Numbered from the stretch's first letter, positions 1 through 9,752 are shown. The stretch is DNA of 64,000 bases from an uncultured Verrucomicrobiae bacterium (GCA_963825355.1 CAWGSY010000001.1:1074-65073), one strand, 5' to 3'. The notes: generated from the letters alone by a model not told the origin. Numbers and translations: made by a program.

Positions 1-717
1 AAATTTCCGCGCCCATTGGTGAAGCAATTCCGGAGTTAGCGGGCAAATATTCGATATACAGCGTTGCCTTACATGCTCCAGGAGTTCCGGGATTCGGGGT
101 CCATAGCTCCTCCTGATCACGCCGAACAGTTTTTCGAGAATTACCCGAACTCGCTCACGGGTCATGCCATATCGTTGCCCAATCTGTTTAAGAGTGGCGC
201 GGCGCTTTCGTCCAGTTCCGAATCGTGCTAAAACGAAATTCCTGTCGCGAGCGGGCAATTTCATGATTGACGCCTCAATCAGATTTAACAAATCCGTAGA
301 TGCATCTGGTTTCCCGATATTGGAATCATCGAATTCGCCAGAGGCGGCACGTTGAATCAACTGTTCGAGCTCCAAGACGGAGCCTCGCCCGCAATTTTTG
401 CGCCTAAAAAACTCACCGACACGGCGTCCATCTACACCGCCGAGCGTCCGGATCCGCATCGATCCCAAAACACCGCTTAAACGCGTACTGACGGGCAACT
501 GAGTCAGTCGCAAGTGGCGAACAGATTTTGGAACGATGAGAACAGAATCAAATTCCATACCGCCAGCGCGTTTTCTGTAATATACCGCCTTCTCTGATAG
601 AATTGTTTTTCTGTGCTTCGCATAGTACGCCTTGGCATACGCCAATCTTGCCTGTCTGTGCCTGGCGTAGTGTTTCTTTAAGTATTCCAATTTAGCGTCT
701 CGACTTCGATGCGACAT
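1..717 (-). CDS. Partial DNA-binding protein: RNAP alpha-CTD-like HhH segment plus sigma-70 region-4-like HTH (C-terminus beyond window edge)
   Basis: Own translation: the minus-strand frame is open from ATG (717-715) to base 1 (239 codons). It is absent from the ORF track because no stop lies in the window. 'VSTRLSGVLGSMRIRTLGGV' resembles an alpha-CTD/HhH unit, and 'ATLKQIGQRYGMTRERVRVILEKL' fits the sigma-70 region 4.2 HTH pattern. Confidence 0.6.
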   Translation of the reverse strand, partial: MSHRSRDAKLEYLKKHYARHRQARLAYAKAYYAKHRKTILSEKAVYYRKRAGGMEFDSVLIVPKSVRHLRLTQLPVSTRLSGVLGSMRIRTLGGVDGRRVGEFFRRKNCGRGSVLELEQLIQRAASGEFDDSNIGKPDASTDLLNLIEASIMKLPARDRNFVLARFGTGRKRRATLKQIGQRYGMTRERVRVILEKLFGVIRRSYGPRIPELLEHVRQRCISNICPLTPELLHQWARKF

Positions 718-818
718 CCTTCCAGCTTTCCCCTTGCGGTTATTCGCCACGACGATTGTCTGCAAATCGTAAACGTCGCACCCAATCATCGCGACTAGTT
801 AATACCGCCGCGCCTTAT

Positions 819-1235
819 TCACGGCTGCTCGTTTCTCGCCTTGATACGGTTGAACCCGGTGTACTCGGCTATCGTTAGCGTGCCCATGATCTCGTAGTAC
901 TCCGCAAACCGACTTTTCGCCGTGTAGGAAATCTTCAAGCCGCTTCTGGTCGGCTCACTCCATGACTCGCCGCCGCCGTTGGCTTTGAGCACCGCAGCGA
1001 TCTCCTTTACTGGCATCGGGCTGCTGCCGCGCTTCTGAAACGTCTCGATGGCGCTTACGCCGTTGTCGAATGTGACAATGACGAAGAAGTCTTTGTAACT
1101 GTAGGTCTTCGTCGCGCCGGAACCGGATGTCGGTTGCCCGTACCGCTTTTGGATTTGCGCTTCCGTTTCGCCGATCCGCGCAAACACCGTTGCGCCAAAA
1201 ATCACTAGCGCCGTGATGCAGCAAGTGATTTTCAT
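819..1235 (-). CDS. Secreted hypothetical protein (signal peptide)
   Basis: 138-aa ORF. Hydrophobic N-terminus MKITCCITALVIFGATVFA is followed by 'RIGETEAQIQKRYGQP', a motif I recall from small secreted proteins of Verrucomicrobia/Planctomycetes. No function assignable. Confidence 0.6.
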   Translation of the reverse strand: MKITCCITALVIFGATVFARIGETEAQIQKRYGQPTSGSGATKTYSYKDFFVIVTFDNGVSAIETFQKRGSSPMPVKEIAAVLKANGGGESWSEPTRSGLKISYTAKSRFAEYYEIMGTLTIAEYTGFNRIKARNEQP

Positions 1236-1276
1236 TTTCCGCTCTTTGTGCGAGTGAGCTGGCGAAAATCGGAAAA

Positions 1277-1432
1277 CTAGGGCGTTGGCGAAGAAGTTGT
1301 TGTGCCCGACTCCGTACTGGTTTCTGACGAAGCTGTCGGGCTAGGGCTCGCCTCCGGTGTGGCCGTTTCCGTTCTCTTTTGACAAGCGGCAAGTAGGCCG
1401 ACGGTTAGAATGACAAAAATGTATTTTCTCAT
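1277..1432 (-). CDS. Small Ser/Thr/Pro-rich lipoprotein
   Basis: An internal ATG (1432) of ORF 1277..1489 gives MRKYIFVILTVGLLAAC (lipobox L-A-A-C), followed by a low-complexity T/S/P/E tail. Confidence 0.5.
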   Translation of the reverse strand: MRKYIFVILTVGLLAACQKRTETATPEASPSPTASSETSTESGTTTSSPTP

Positions 1433-1553
1433 GCGTTCGGTTGTAGGCGAGAAACATGTCGGGGTAAATCCCAATTTTTGGCCAAACAAAGAATCCTAAG
1501 GGCCAGTCCGGTTTTGGTGTGGAAACCCTCAGCGTGTCGGGCAATTTATTCCA

Positions 1554-1922
1554 ATGAACGAAGACACGGAAACGTTAGCCGAACTGATGCTTCACGCGGA
1601 TCAATTTTGTTCGAAAGTCGAACATGCTACAAAAGACGTTGCGCCAACGCCGGAAGAAAAGGAGTTGCGCGCCAAGATTGGCCAATGCCGGACCCAGCTT
1701 GCATACCTCCAGGAAGTATTCAACGACGGCAAACTCACCATAGAGAATCCCTCAGTCCGTGCGGAGTTCCGCAGTTTCGTTATCGCGCTGCTGTGGATTG
1801 CCTTCTATTCCCGTACCGCAATCAATTTCAGAGTATTCCGCATGCTGGTCCGAATCGAGGCCGGTTTCACATATCTCTTGGTCAATCGGCAACCGCTTGG
1901 ACCTTACTCGGGCTTTGAATGA
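1554..1922 (+). CDS. Hypothetical protein
   Basis: 122-aa ATG-initiated ORF with no recognisable motif. Overlapping alternative frames (1478..1918, 1759..2064) make the 3' part uncertain. Confidence 0.35.
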   Translation: MNEDTETLAELMLHADQFCSKVEHATKDVAPTPEEKELRAKIGQCRTQLAYLQEVFNDGKLTIENPSVRAEFRSFVIALLWIAFYSRTAINFRVFRMLVRIEAGFTYLLVNRQPLGPYSGFE

Positions 1923-2289
1923 AGACGATTCGCTGGCCGGTGATTGGCTGAAAATCGAATCCGCAATCAAGACGCACCTGTCATATCATGACTGCCCGGC
2001 GTCGAATTTACCGCGTACCTGCCGGGACCCAGACCCACTTGAAGATGTCTCAAAAGCAACTTGAGGTCCTGGGAGAACTCTTGGACATACCGCCTCCCTT
2101 GGGGGCTTTGGCTGGGCTTGAGGTCAGCGACTTTGACTACTTTTTTGGTTCTCTTTTCCTTGTCTTGCATGCTTGTTACTTGTTCTAAGCTAAACGCCGC
2201 AAGCAGCGGCTCCCGAGTCGCATTACGAAACGACTAAAAACTTAGCAGCGCAATTCGCGACGACGAAGGCGCCGCCGGTAATAACGTGG

Positions 2290-2763
2290 ACAACAGCTGC
2301 GAGATCGGCAAGATCTTCAGTTCGACCGTTTCCGCAAGCGCAGTGCTGTCAATTCAAACGGCAGACTCGGGACGATGACTTCCTCGAAGCGCTTTAGGCA
2401 AGACATCAAATCAATGGATAATGTCAGCGAAGCACTCTATTCACTGAAACCGGTTAGCTTCCGCTACAAGAAGGAGTTTGACCCGGCAGGCTCCTCGCAA
2501 CTGGGACTTGGTGGCCGAAGATGTAGAAAAGGTGAGTCCCGACTTGGTGGTGCGCGATAAGGAAGGAAAGGCTTACAGCGTGCGTTACGACCAGGTCACG
2601 CGATGTTGCTGAACGAGTTCCTCAAAGAACACAAAAAGTCGAAGATTTAACCAAGGAGTTCCAAGCCAGGGTCGTTAACGCCGAACAATATCAAGCAATC
2701 TTTCGTGATGGTCCGGGCCTTGTTGATCTCTTTAGTGGCGGCGGTTCGAACAAACAGTATTGA
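2290..2763 (+). pseudogene. Remnant of a tail-fibre-type protein C-terminus (peptidase S74 / intramolecular chaperone auto-processing domain) with about 3 frameshifts
   Basis: 'SSKRFRQDIKSMDNVSEALYSLKPVSFRYKKEFDPAGSSQLGL' lies in the frame of 2375..2560. 'VEKVSPDLVVRDKEGKAYSVRYDQV', 'AMLLNEFLKEHKK' and 'VEDLTKEFQARVVNAEQYQ...' then continue in other frames. This is the conserved motif order of the S74 chaperone domain. No fibre body lies upstream. Confidence 0.6.
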
Positions 2764-2946
2764 CACTTCCTTGTCGGGCTGGTAGAGTTGCGCTTGCGCT
2801 AGGGCCGTTAGGCGGCTCCCCCCGGAGCTCCATCTAACCCTCTTTTCGCAGGGTAACCGTGAACGAAAGGCTCGTTCACAGAACTAATCAAATAACCGAA
2901 CTTCGGGCTGTGGGAATCGGAGAAAATTACTGGAGGAGAAAAACCC

Positions 2947-3928
2947 ATGAAAACAACAAAGAGGTTTATTCCCGCGGCGGCGCGGCGAGCTTTCTCTACT
3001 GCTGCCGCGTCGATTCTGTTCGTGGCGGGCGTGAATGTCATCACGACCAGTGCGAGTGCCCAAGGGGTTAATGACCGGTACTACCGATTTGAGGAAGGAG
3101 TCGCGGGAAATTGCGCTAGTGGCGCCGGGAGTATCGTGGATTCGTTACTTTGGTTCACCGGATGGAACGCCAGACGGCTGTCCGGTCTACAGCACTGACG
3201 TGCCATTCGCGGTGATTCCGCTCACGGGGCAGCCGGATACGTTGTCACTGTCTTTCAATGGTGCACAATCAATTCTCTTCGATTCATTTTTCCTGCTTCA
3301 CCGCACCTTCGGTGACGCAACCCTCGAGTACTTCATCAAGGTAACCCCCGGTCTGCCGAGCGCCTCGATCTTCTGGACGCGGCCAACGACGCTTCCTGAC
3401 GAAAACCGCTTCAACCTTTTTGCTATTCCAGGTGGCGCGGCTCTCCAGGGCGACTATCGGGAGCCGGACGGCACTATTCACCGACCTCTGGGCGGAGGCG
3501 CTGATGTGGTGAACCAGTGGCACCATATCGCACTCGTGAAGGACACGCAGACCGCAGCACCAGCAGACATTTACAACGCCTATGTGGACGGCGTGAAGAC
3601 ATTGAGCACCGTCGATGGCCACCCGAACGAACCAGACCCCGATCTCATGTGGACCATCTCTGGGAGGGTGGGCGCGCAGTTCACAGGTCTAATCGATGAA
3701 GTTCGACTCACCCAGCGAGCGCTCGCACCGTGTGACTTCCTGATTTCCGCGAGCCCCTGCTCCTCACCCACGCCAACACCAACACCAACGGTAACACCAT
3801 CCTCAACACCAACAGTAACACCATCCTCAACACCAACAGTAACGCCATCCTCAACACCGAGACCTTCACCAACGCCGCGATTTCACCCAACGCCGAGGCC
3901 GCGTCCGACTCCGCCGCCTCGCCCGTAA
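2947..3928 (+). CDS. Secreted LamG / concanavalin-A-like lectin-fold protein with a Pro/Thr-rich tail; one frameshift near 3135-3145
   Basis: The signal peptide (MKTTKRFIPAAARRAFSTAAASILFVAGVNVITTSASAQ) is in the frame of 2947..3198. The LamG-like body ('WHHIALVKD', 'AYVDGVK', 'GLIDEVRLTQRAL') is in the frame of 3035..3928. Confidence 0.65.
3782..3860. repeat. 24-bp coding tandem repeat, about 3.3 copies (TPTVTPSS units)
   Basis: acaccaac(a/g)gtaac(a/g)ccatcctca is repeated head-to-tail inside the LamG protein tail. Confidence 0.9.
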
Positions 3929-4104
3929 ATCAAATCGGAGAACCGATCTTCCCAGCTACGACGCGTATGAGTTGCACCGGTGATCAAAATAGCAGTCGAC
4001 GACTGACGGAAGCGCCTTTTACTTTCGCCTTTTTCTCCCGGCGACAATCTCGCTCCAAGAAGAGGACTCTCAACTCCACCCGGCTTGGGTAAACAACAAA
4101 TAAT

Positions 4105-4872
4105 ATGAAATCCTTATCGATCATTCTTCCTGCATTTAATGAAGCGGCAAATATCCGGCATGTGGTTGAGGAGGCGTATCGGACCATACCGGCGCTGACT
4201 CCAATTTTTGAAATCATTGTGGTGAACGACGGCAGCAAAGATGGCACCGGGGACATTTGCGATCGCCTCGTCGAGGAGTTCTCCGAGGTGCGTGTTGTTC
4301 ATCATGCCCGGAATCGTGGCTACGGCGCCGCGCTCAAGAGTGGTATCGAGCGGGCGCGATATGATATAATTTTCTTCACTGATTCTGATGGGCAGTTCGA
4401 TTTAAAGGAAATGGCTGCGCTGCTGCAAGAGACGGATGCCTACGACATCGTTGCTGGTTACCGAGGCCGGCGACAGGACCCGCCGCACAGGCTGTTGTTT
4501 GCTTGGGGTTGGAATATCCTCGTTCGAATCGTGCTCGGGGTCAGGATCCGCGACATTGACTGCGCTTTCAAAGCCTTCAATCGCTCTGTCTTCGACACTA
4601 TCCAGATCCAGTCGGTGGGCGCAATGGTCAACACGGAGATCTTCGCTCAGGCAGCCCTGTTTGGTATGACGGTCAAGGAAGTGCGAGTGAGCCATTTTCC
4701 ACGACGGCACGGCAAGCCGACTGGCAGCAAGGTTGCGGTTATCATGAAAGCCTTTAGGGAGTTGATCAAAATGCGACGTATGGTGCACACGATCACTCCC
4801 GACCAACCGGGACTTTTCAAAAGCCAACCCTCCGGCCTAGAGACGGTCTATTCCGTTCTGCAGGACGGTTGA
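4105..4872 (+). CDS. Family 2 glycosyltransferase (polyprenol-phosphate sugar transferase / Dpm1-GtrB-like)
   Basis: 'LSIILPAFNEAANI', 'VVNDGSKDGT', 'NRGYGAALKSG' and 'FTDSDGQF' are the standard GT2 (GT-A, DxD) motifs. TGA stop at 4870-4872. Confidence 0.85.
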   Translation: MKSLSIILPAFNEAANIRHVVEEAYRTIPALTPIFEIIVVNDGSKDGTGDICDRLVEEFSEVRVVHHARNRGYGAALKSGIERARYDIIFFTDSDGQFDLKEMAALLQETDAYDIVAGYRGRRQDPPHRLLFAWGWNILVRIVLGVRIRDIDCAFKAFNRSVFDTIQIQSVGAMVNTEIFAQAALFGMTVKEVRVSHFPRRHGKPTGSKVAVIMKAFRELIKMRRMVHTITPDQPGLFKSQPSGLETVYSVLQDG

Positions 4873-5057
4873 GACAAACGAATGCTTCTCCTTTCGTATA
4901 AGAAACATTCGCGTCGGGGAGCAGCTCACTAGCTCACTAGCAGTTTCAGCAAAATCACGAAGCTACCGCAAGCACAAAGCTCGGAACTCGTGTCTTTCGA
5001 AGGTTGGATTGGCTTCCGTGATTACAGTCCCCATTACGCGCGAAACTCGTTGACGGA

Positions 5058-5132
5058 ATGAAGTACTGGGAAATCATCGCCGACAATCTCAGCAGAGCCG
5101 GTTGGAGTTGGGGCTGCGTTCTTAGCGCGTAA
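5058..5132 (+). pseudogene. N-terminal fragment (24 codons) of a small conserved hypothetical ORF (MKYWEIIADNLS.AGWSWGCV family)
   Basis: ATG at 5058 gives MKYWEIIADNLSRAGWSWGCVLSA then a stop. From memory, full-length relatives continue '...SAVDSNGRTIWIADAHRGDGKR...', and that continuation is found at 8944..9010. Confidence 0.5.
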
Positions 5133-5134
5133 TG

Positions 5135-5391
5135 CTAGTCCTCAACAGAAAGATATACCCGGTAGCCGCCTACTTTCCCGCGGCGCACCTTGAACGATTC
5201 GGGATCGCGAACATCGCGCGGATCCATTTTCTCAAGCTCGCGCGCGTTCCCTCATGTCCGGCCAAGTAACGGGAGAGCCAACCGGAAGAGGCATCTTTGC
5301 GCCGCTTCTTGTTAGACCTGCGGTATTCCAATCGTAATTGGTTCAAGATTTTGGCGTCGTGGATTAGCACTCGAAGTGTATAGTGTTTCAT
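5135..5391 (-). pseudogene. C-terminal fragment of a sulfotransferase paralog (frameshifted)
   Basis: The DNA and the translated 'ELEKMDPRDVRDPESFKVRRGKVGGYRVYLSVED*' align with the C-terminus of the 43039..44022 sulfotransferase ('GDVRDPESFKVRRGKIGGYREYLSPEDQ'). Upstream, 'HDAKILNQ' matches 'PDAKILQE' in another frame. Confidence 0.65.
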
Positions 5392-5742
5392 AATTTCAAA
5401 ACACTAGCCGCAGCGCATTCTCTTAGCTGTTTCATGGACAGCTTCCTCTGTTTAATCTCTACTGTTCAACGTGAGCAATACCGAGGCCAGCTCGCTCTTC
5501 GAAGGCAATTCGAGCGCGAAATCGCCGGAGCGTGTTCGTTTTCGTTACAACCCTGTATCAGCGCAAAACACCTCATACTCACCGATGTGCTCGAGCTGCA
5601 GTTTGGGTTCGGCATTCTCCTCCGGCCCGATATCCCAAACGGGATCGCTCACCATTCTTTGACCTCGCTCGCGTGCTTGTGCGCCCGCCGACGGCGGGAG
5701 CAAGCCGAAAAGCTGTTTGGTTAGGCGTCTTATCACCGGAAT

Positions 5743-7065
5743 TCATCCGCGAATCTGGCCCTCTCCCCGGATGACGTACTTGTAAGTCATTAGCTCTTCG
5801 AGTGCCATCGGGCCTCGTGCGTGCAGCTTGTCGGTGCTGATGCCAATTTCCGCGCCAAAGCCAAATTCGGCGCCATCAGTGAATCGCGTCGATGCGTTCC
5901 AGTAAACTGTAGCGGAATCGACCTCGTTAAGAAATTTCTCAGCACCCGCGACGTCGCGAGTGATGATAACGTCGCTATGATGAGAGCCACATTTTTCGAT
6001 GTGCTCAATCGCGTTTTCGATGTTGTCCACGGTGCGAGTAGCGAGGATGAGATCCAGATATTCCGTGGTCCAGTCTTCGTCGCGGGCGAGACGGAGTGGC
6101 TGATAGCTGAGAGCTGAGAGCTGAAGGAAGCTGTCGCGATCGGCACGCATTTCCACTTTCTTTTCAGCCAGTATCGGCGCGATCTTTTTAAAAAAGGGAG
6201 CTGCGATTTCACGGTGCACAAGCACAGTTTCTATAGCGTTGCAGACGCCGGGGCGTTGCGTCTTCGCGTTGACCACTATCTGTACAGCCATATCGAGATC
6301 GGCTTGCCTGTCCACATATGCGATGCAGACCCCGACGTAGTGCTTTATCACCGGCATCCGGGCATAACTAACCACGGTTTCGATCAATGCGCGGCCGCCA
6401 CGCGGAACAATAAGGTCGATATATCGGTCCATCTCGGCCATGTGACGCACGGCATCACGACCAGTCTTTGGAATGAGCGAGATACTGTCTTCTGGCAACC
6501 CCGCGCTGGCTGCGCCTGCGCGAAGCGCTTCGGCAATCGCGACGTTCGAGTGAATCGATTCCGAGCCGCCACGCAGGATGACTGCGTTTCCCGTCTTTGT
6601 GCAAAGCACCGCCGCGTCGCTCGTCACGTTCGGGCGCGACTCGTAGATGATCCCGATAACGCCGATAGGGACACGCACTTTTGATATGTGCAATCCATTG
6701 GGACGGGTCCACTCGGCGATGATTTTTCCCCTTGGATCCTCGAGTGCGGCTACCTCACGAATGCCATCCGCCATCCCCTGAATGCGTTTTTCGTTGAGCC
6801 TTAGCCGGTCGATCATCGGTAAGGAAAACTGCTCGGCGGTCGCTTTTTCGACGTCCTTGCCATTCGCGCGCAGGATTGCGCCGGCGCTGGCGTGAAGTTG
6901 ATCTGCCATGGCTACCAACGCGGCGTTTTTCCGCTCGGTGCTCATCTGCGCGAGCGCGCGCGCGGCGGCGCGGGCGCGTTTGCCGAAATCCAAGACTTCA
7001 CTTCTTAAATCGTCCATTTCGAAGCAGAACTCATTGATTGAATCTCTCACTTTCGCCGATCCCAA
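5743..7065 (-). CDS. proA: Gamma-glutamyl phosphate reductase
   Basis: 440-aa ORF with the full-length ProA pattern (aldehyde dehydrogenase fold, 'VIGIIYESRPNVT', 'CNAIETVLVH'). The start may be the internal MDDLRSE (7017). TGA stop. Confidence 0.9.
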   Translation of the reverse strand: MGSAKVRDSINEFCFEMDDLRSEVLDFGKRARAAARALAQMSTERKNAALVAMADQLHASAGAILRANGKDVEKATAEQFSLPMIDRLRLNEKRIQGMADGIREVAALEDPRGKIIAEWTRPNGLHISKVRVPIGVIGIIYESRPNVTSDAAVLCTKTGNAVILRGGSESIHSNVAIAEALRAGAASAGLPEDSISLIPKTGRDAVRHMAEMDRYIDLIVPRGGRALIETVVSYARMPVIKHYVGVCIAYVDRQADLDMAVQIVVNAKTQRPGVCNAIETVLVHREIAAPFFKKIAPILAEKKVEMRADRDSFLQLSALSYQPLRLARDEDWTTEYLDLILATRTVDNIENAIEHIEKCGSHHSDVIITRDVAGAEKFLNEVDSATVYWNASTRFTDGAEFGFGAEIGISTDKLHARGPMALEELMTYKYVIRGEGQIRG

Positions 7066-7076
7066 GCGAGCGTGCC

Positions 7077-7853
7077 TCAGACTTCTCCGCCGGCAATAGG
7101 AAACACTGTTCCGACTCGCTTGCCCGCCGCAATCCGGTGGATGACGCCGGCGCGCCGGCCGTTCGCGATCACTGTGGGAATTCCGGCTGCAGTCGCAAGT
7201 TTTACGGCATCGAGTTTCGAGACCATGCCGCCCACCGAGACCGCACCCTTTTCACTGCGAACGAAACGATCCGCATCCGTGACATCGACAATCATCGGAA
7301 TCCGTTTGCCGGCATGATCCATCAGTCCGTCAACACTTGTAAGCATAATGAGCAATTCGGCTTCGACTAGCACCGCGACTTCGGCAGAGAGGCGGTCGTT
7401 GTCCCCGAAGCGCAGCTCCTCCACTGCTACCGAATCGTTTTCATTAATCACCGGCACGACATCCTTGCATTCGAGCAGACGCTCTAGTGTGTTCTTCACA
7501 TTTCGATGGCGAGTGCGACTGTCGAGATCGCCATGCGTGAGCAAAAGCTGCGCAACGTTAAGCTGATGTTTTGCGAACATCGAGGCATAGAGATGCATCA
7601 TCTTTGATTGACCCACCGCAGCGCATGCCTGTCCCGTCGTCAAGTCGTGTGGACGCTCCTTCAACCCGACTACGCGCATTCCGGCGGCGACCGCACCGCT
7701 GGAGACGATGATGCACTTGCATCCGCCGTGAACGAGTTGCGCGACCTCGGTGGTGAGACGCGCAAATTGTTTTGGGTCGAGCGCGTTGGCGTGCGGCCGA
7801 GTGAGAATGCCGGAGCCGAACTTGAGGAGAATGCGCCTGCGTTTTCTGGACAT
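7077..7853 (-). CDS. proB: Glutamate 5-kinase (short form, no PUA domain)
   Basis: 'RILLKFGSGILT', 'IIVSSGAVAAG' and 'NENDSVAVEELRFGDNDRLSAEVA' are ProB/amino-acid-kinase motifs. Start chosen at MSRKRRR (7853). The gene lies 11 nt upstream of proA. Confidence 0.9.
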   Translation of the reverse strand: MSRKRRRILLKFGSGILTRPHANALDPKQFARLTTEVAQLVHGGCKCIIVSSGAVAAGMRVVGLKERPHDLTTGQACAAVGQSKMMHLYASMFAKHQLNVAQLLLTHGDLDSRTRHRNVKNTLERLLECKDVVPVINENDSVAVEELRFGDNDRLSAEVAVLVEAELLIMLTSVDGLMDHAGKRIPMIVDVTDADRFVRSEKGAVSVGGMVSKLDAVKLATAAGIPTVIANGRRAGVIHRIAAGKRVGTVFPIAGGEV

Positions 7854-8024
7854 GTGGAACTGGTAAGCAAATCGGAAAACAAAGGGGCGCAAAAGCAATT
7901 ACCGCGATTTAATTAAACCACAATTATACTCGCGACGGAAATATCGTGGAACGAGGCTGCTCACGGCTAAACTCATCAGACTTTGAATTCGCCCGCTTGC
8001 TCGAGCGTTTCGATCACGTTGCGC

Positions 8025-8897
8025 TTACTCGACGACCCGAAGCTCCAGCAGTAAGTCGGACAGAGATTTTTGATCCGCCGCGTAGTATGCCTCCCACTTG
8101 AGGCGCTCCTGTGGGGAGAGCGGCTCGTATTTGCGCGCCTTTGTGTTTAAGCCGTGATAGGCGCTTTGCAGTGTTTTGGCGACGACGGGCGATTTCAGGA
8201 CTTTGTCTGCGCCTGGCAGCGCAGAAAGGACGCTATAGAGACGCTGGGCGCTGGATTGGAGGAGGGGAAACCGAGGACCCCGGGCGGCATTCTTCTTCTG
8301 CTGAGAAAACTGCGGTTTGAAATCTGCAGCGACGCCCAGAAACTCGTAGGCCCGCCTGCGGACGCGGTCGGGATCGCGCCGGATCGCGTCGAATTGAACG
8401 ACAAGAATGTTCTTCGCGGCAAAACGATCGAGCCAGGGCCTAAGGTGGCGGGCGAAGCACCCGAGATCGCGAAGAAACGAATTTTCCATCATCTCCTCGA
8501 ACGAATCCGGCAAGGACGCCACCACAGCGTTCCGGTTGTACCACCACCATGAGTAAATCATCTCCATCGGCGGCCGCAGGCAGAGCAGCAGTTTGATGTC
8601 TGGCCGGTAAGCGGCAATCCGCGCCGCCGCTTCCTCTGAGTAGAGATAAGCAGGGCAAAACTCTCCCCGGCAGGAAACCGCTCCGACGGCCGCCGGAAAT
8701 TGCTTGTGATACCAGGTCTCCCCTCGGTCAAAGCAGCGTAGCTCCTGGCCAGCAATCTGGCGCAGGATTGTGTCGGCGAAATAGTAGACCTCCTTGTCCG
8801 GGGCGAGGCCGATTTGCGGATGAGCTTCGAGCTGGGCGGAAAACCATGTGGTCCCGCATTTGGGTGCGCCGATGCCAATAAAATCGATGTGGGACAT
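8025..8897 (-). CDS. PAPS-dependent sulfotransferase
   Basis: 'FIGIGAPKCGTTWF' is a 5'-phosphosulfate-binding loop. The overall layout is sulfotransferase-like. Start chosen at MSHIDF (8897). Confidence 0.75.
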   Translation of the reverse strand: MSHIDFIGIGAPKCGTTWFSAQLEAHPQIGLAPDKEVYYFADTILRQIAGQELRCFDRGETWYHKQFPAAVGAVSCRGEFCPAYLYSEEAAARIAAYRPDIKLLLCLRPPMEMIYSWWWYNRNAVVASLPDSFEEMMENSFLRDLGCFARHLRPWLDRFAAKNILVVQFDAIRRDPDRVRRRAYEFLGVAADFKPQFSQQKKNAARGPRFPLLQSSAQRLYSVLSALPGADKVLKSPVVAKTLQSAYHGLNTKARKYEPLSPQERLKWEAYYAADQKSLSDLLLELRVVE

Positions 8898-8943
8898 ATA
8901 GGTAAGAAGTCGAAGGACTCTACAGCGGGACAGAAGTTTCAAC

Positions 8944-9010
8944 GATTGATTCGGACGGGCGAACGATCTGGATTGCCGACGCGCATTGGGGGGACGGAAA
9001 ACGAATCGAG
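8944..9010 (+). pseudogene. Internal fragment of the same small conserved ORF family as 5058..5132
   Basis: Own translation gives 'VSTIDSDGRTIWIADAHWGDGKR', the expected continuation of MKYWEIIADNLS.AGWSWGCVSAVDS... There is no start codon, and the frame diverges after GDGKR. Confidence 0.45.
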
Positions 9011-9026
9011 AGAAAGGACATCACCT

Positions 9027-9744
9027 ATGAACTCATTCGGATCAGCAATAATGACAAAAACCCATTCACGCCGCTTGGTGATATGGGTGCTGCTTATCGT
9101 TCCGTTTCTGGCTGGTACGCAGGGGGTCACAGCACAAGGACCCCAACCTCAAACTTCGGAGCTGAGCAACATCAGGTACTCGCGGCTTTGTCCAGACGGG
9201 GGACAACGTGTTGATTGGCGGCTTCATTGTTCAAGGGACCTATCCCAAGAGCTTAATTATTCGTGCCCTAGGTCCTGAGCTCACTCAGTATGGGGTTCCT
9301 AATGCATTGGCTAACCCGACATTGGAACTGCATAATGGCGGGGGCTTGTTGATTGCCTCAAATGACAATTGGGAGAGAACGATCATCGGTGGAATTATCA
9401 CCCAAAACCAGGTCCGTGACATCATAAACAGTGGGTACGCTCCGAGCAACGGACTAGAATCGGCGATCATCGCAGACCTCCCGCCGGGTAACTACACCGC
9501 GATTGTGCGGGGTTTTAACGATACCGTTGGGGTTGCCCTTGTGGAAGTGTACGACTCTATCCCCATCCTCTACACCCTCACCAACAATAGCCCCTTCCCC
9601 AACAGCGACACCTTGAAGGAATTGCCCCGAATCGTTCCGGTCAATGTCCGAGTTCCTTCTCACTTTCTGGACATTGGACAGGCCAAAACGACTCAAATAT
9701 TCAGCGAAGCTACAAGGCGCTCCGTCCGCCGTGTTTTGGGTTAG
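9027..9744 (+). CDS. Secreted conserved hypothetical protein; frameshift near 9170-9180
   Basis: The signal peptide (MTKTHSRRLVIWVLLIVPFLAGTQGVTAQ) is in the frame of 8814..9278. The body, 'TRGFVQTGDNVLIGGFIVQGT...IRALGP...ANPTLELHNGGG..ASNDNW...YTAIVRGFNDTVGVALVEVYD', is in the frame of 9208..9744. I recall this as a recurrent secreted domain of unknown function. Confidence 0.6.
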
Positions 9745-9752
9745 CAACCACC

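Noticed and set aside
164-355. 63-aa plus-strand ORF from the track
   Set aside because: It lies antisense inside the longer open minus-strand frame (1..717) that has clear HTH motifs. Its composition looks like a shadow ORF.
3782-3860. Regular 24-bp repeats that could be mistaken for a mini CRISPR array
   Set aside because: The units are contiguous with no spacers, lie in frame, and encode TPTVTPSS linker units of the LamG protein.
5459-5655. Possible ~65-aa minus-strand ORF 'MVSDPVWDIGPEENAEPKLQLEHIGEYEVFCADTG' + (shift) 'VVTKTNTLRRFRARIAFEERAGLGIAHVEQ*'
   Set aside because: It requires an assumed frameshift and matches no family I recognise.
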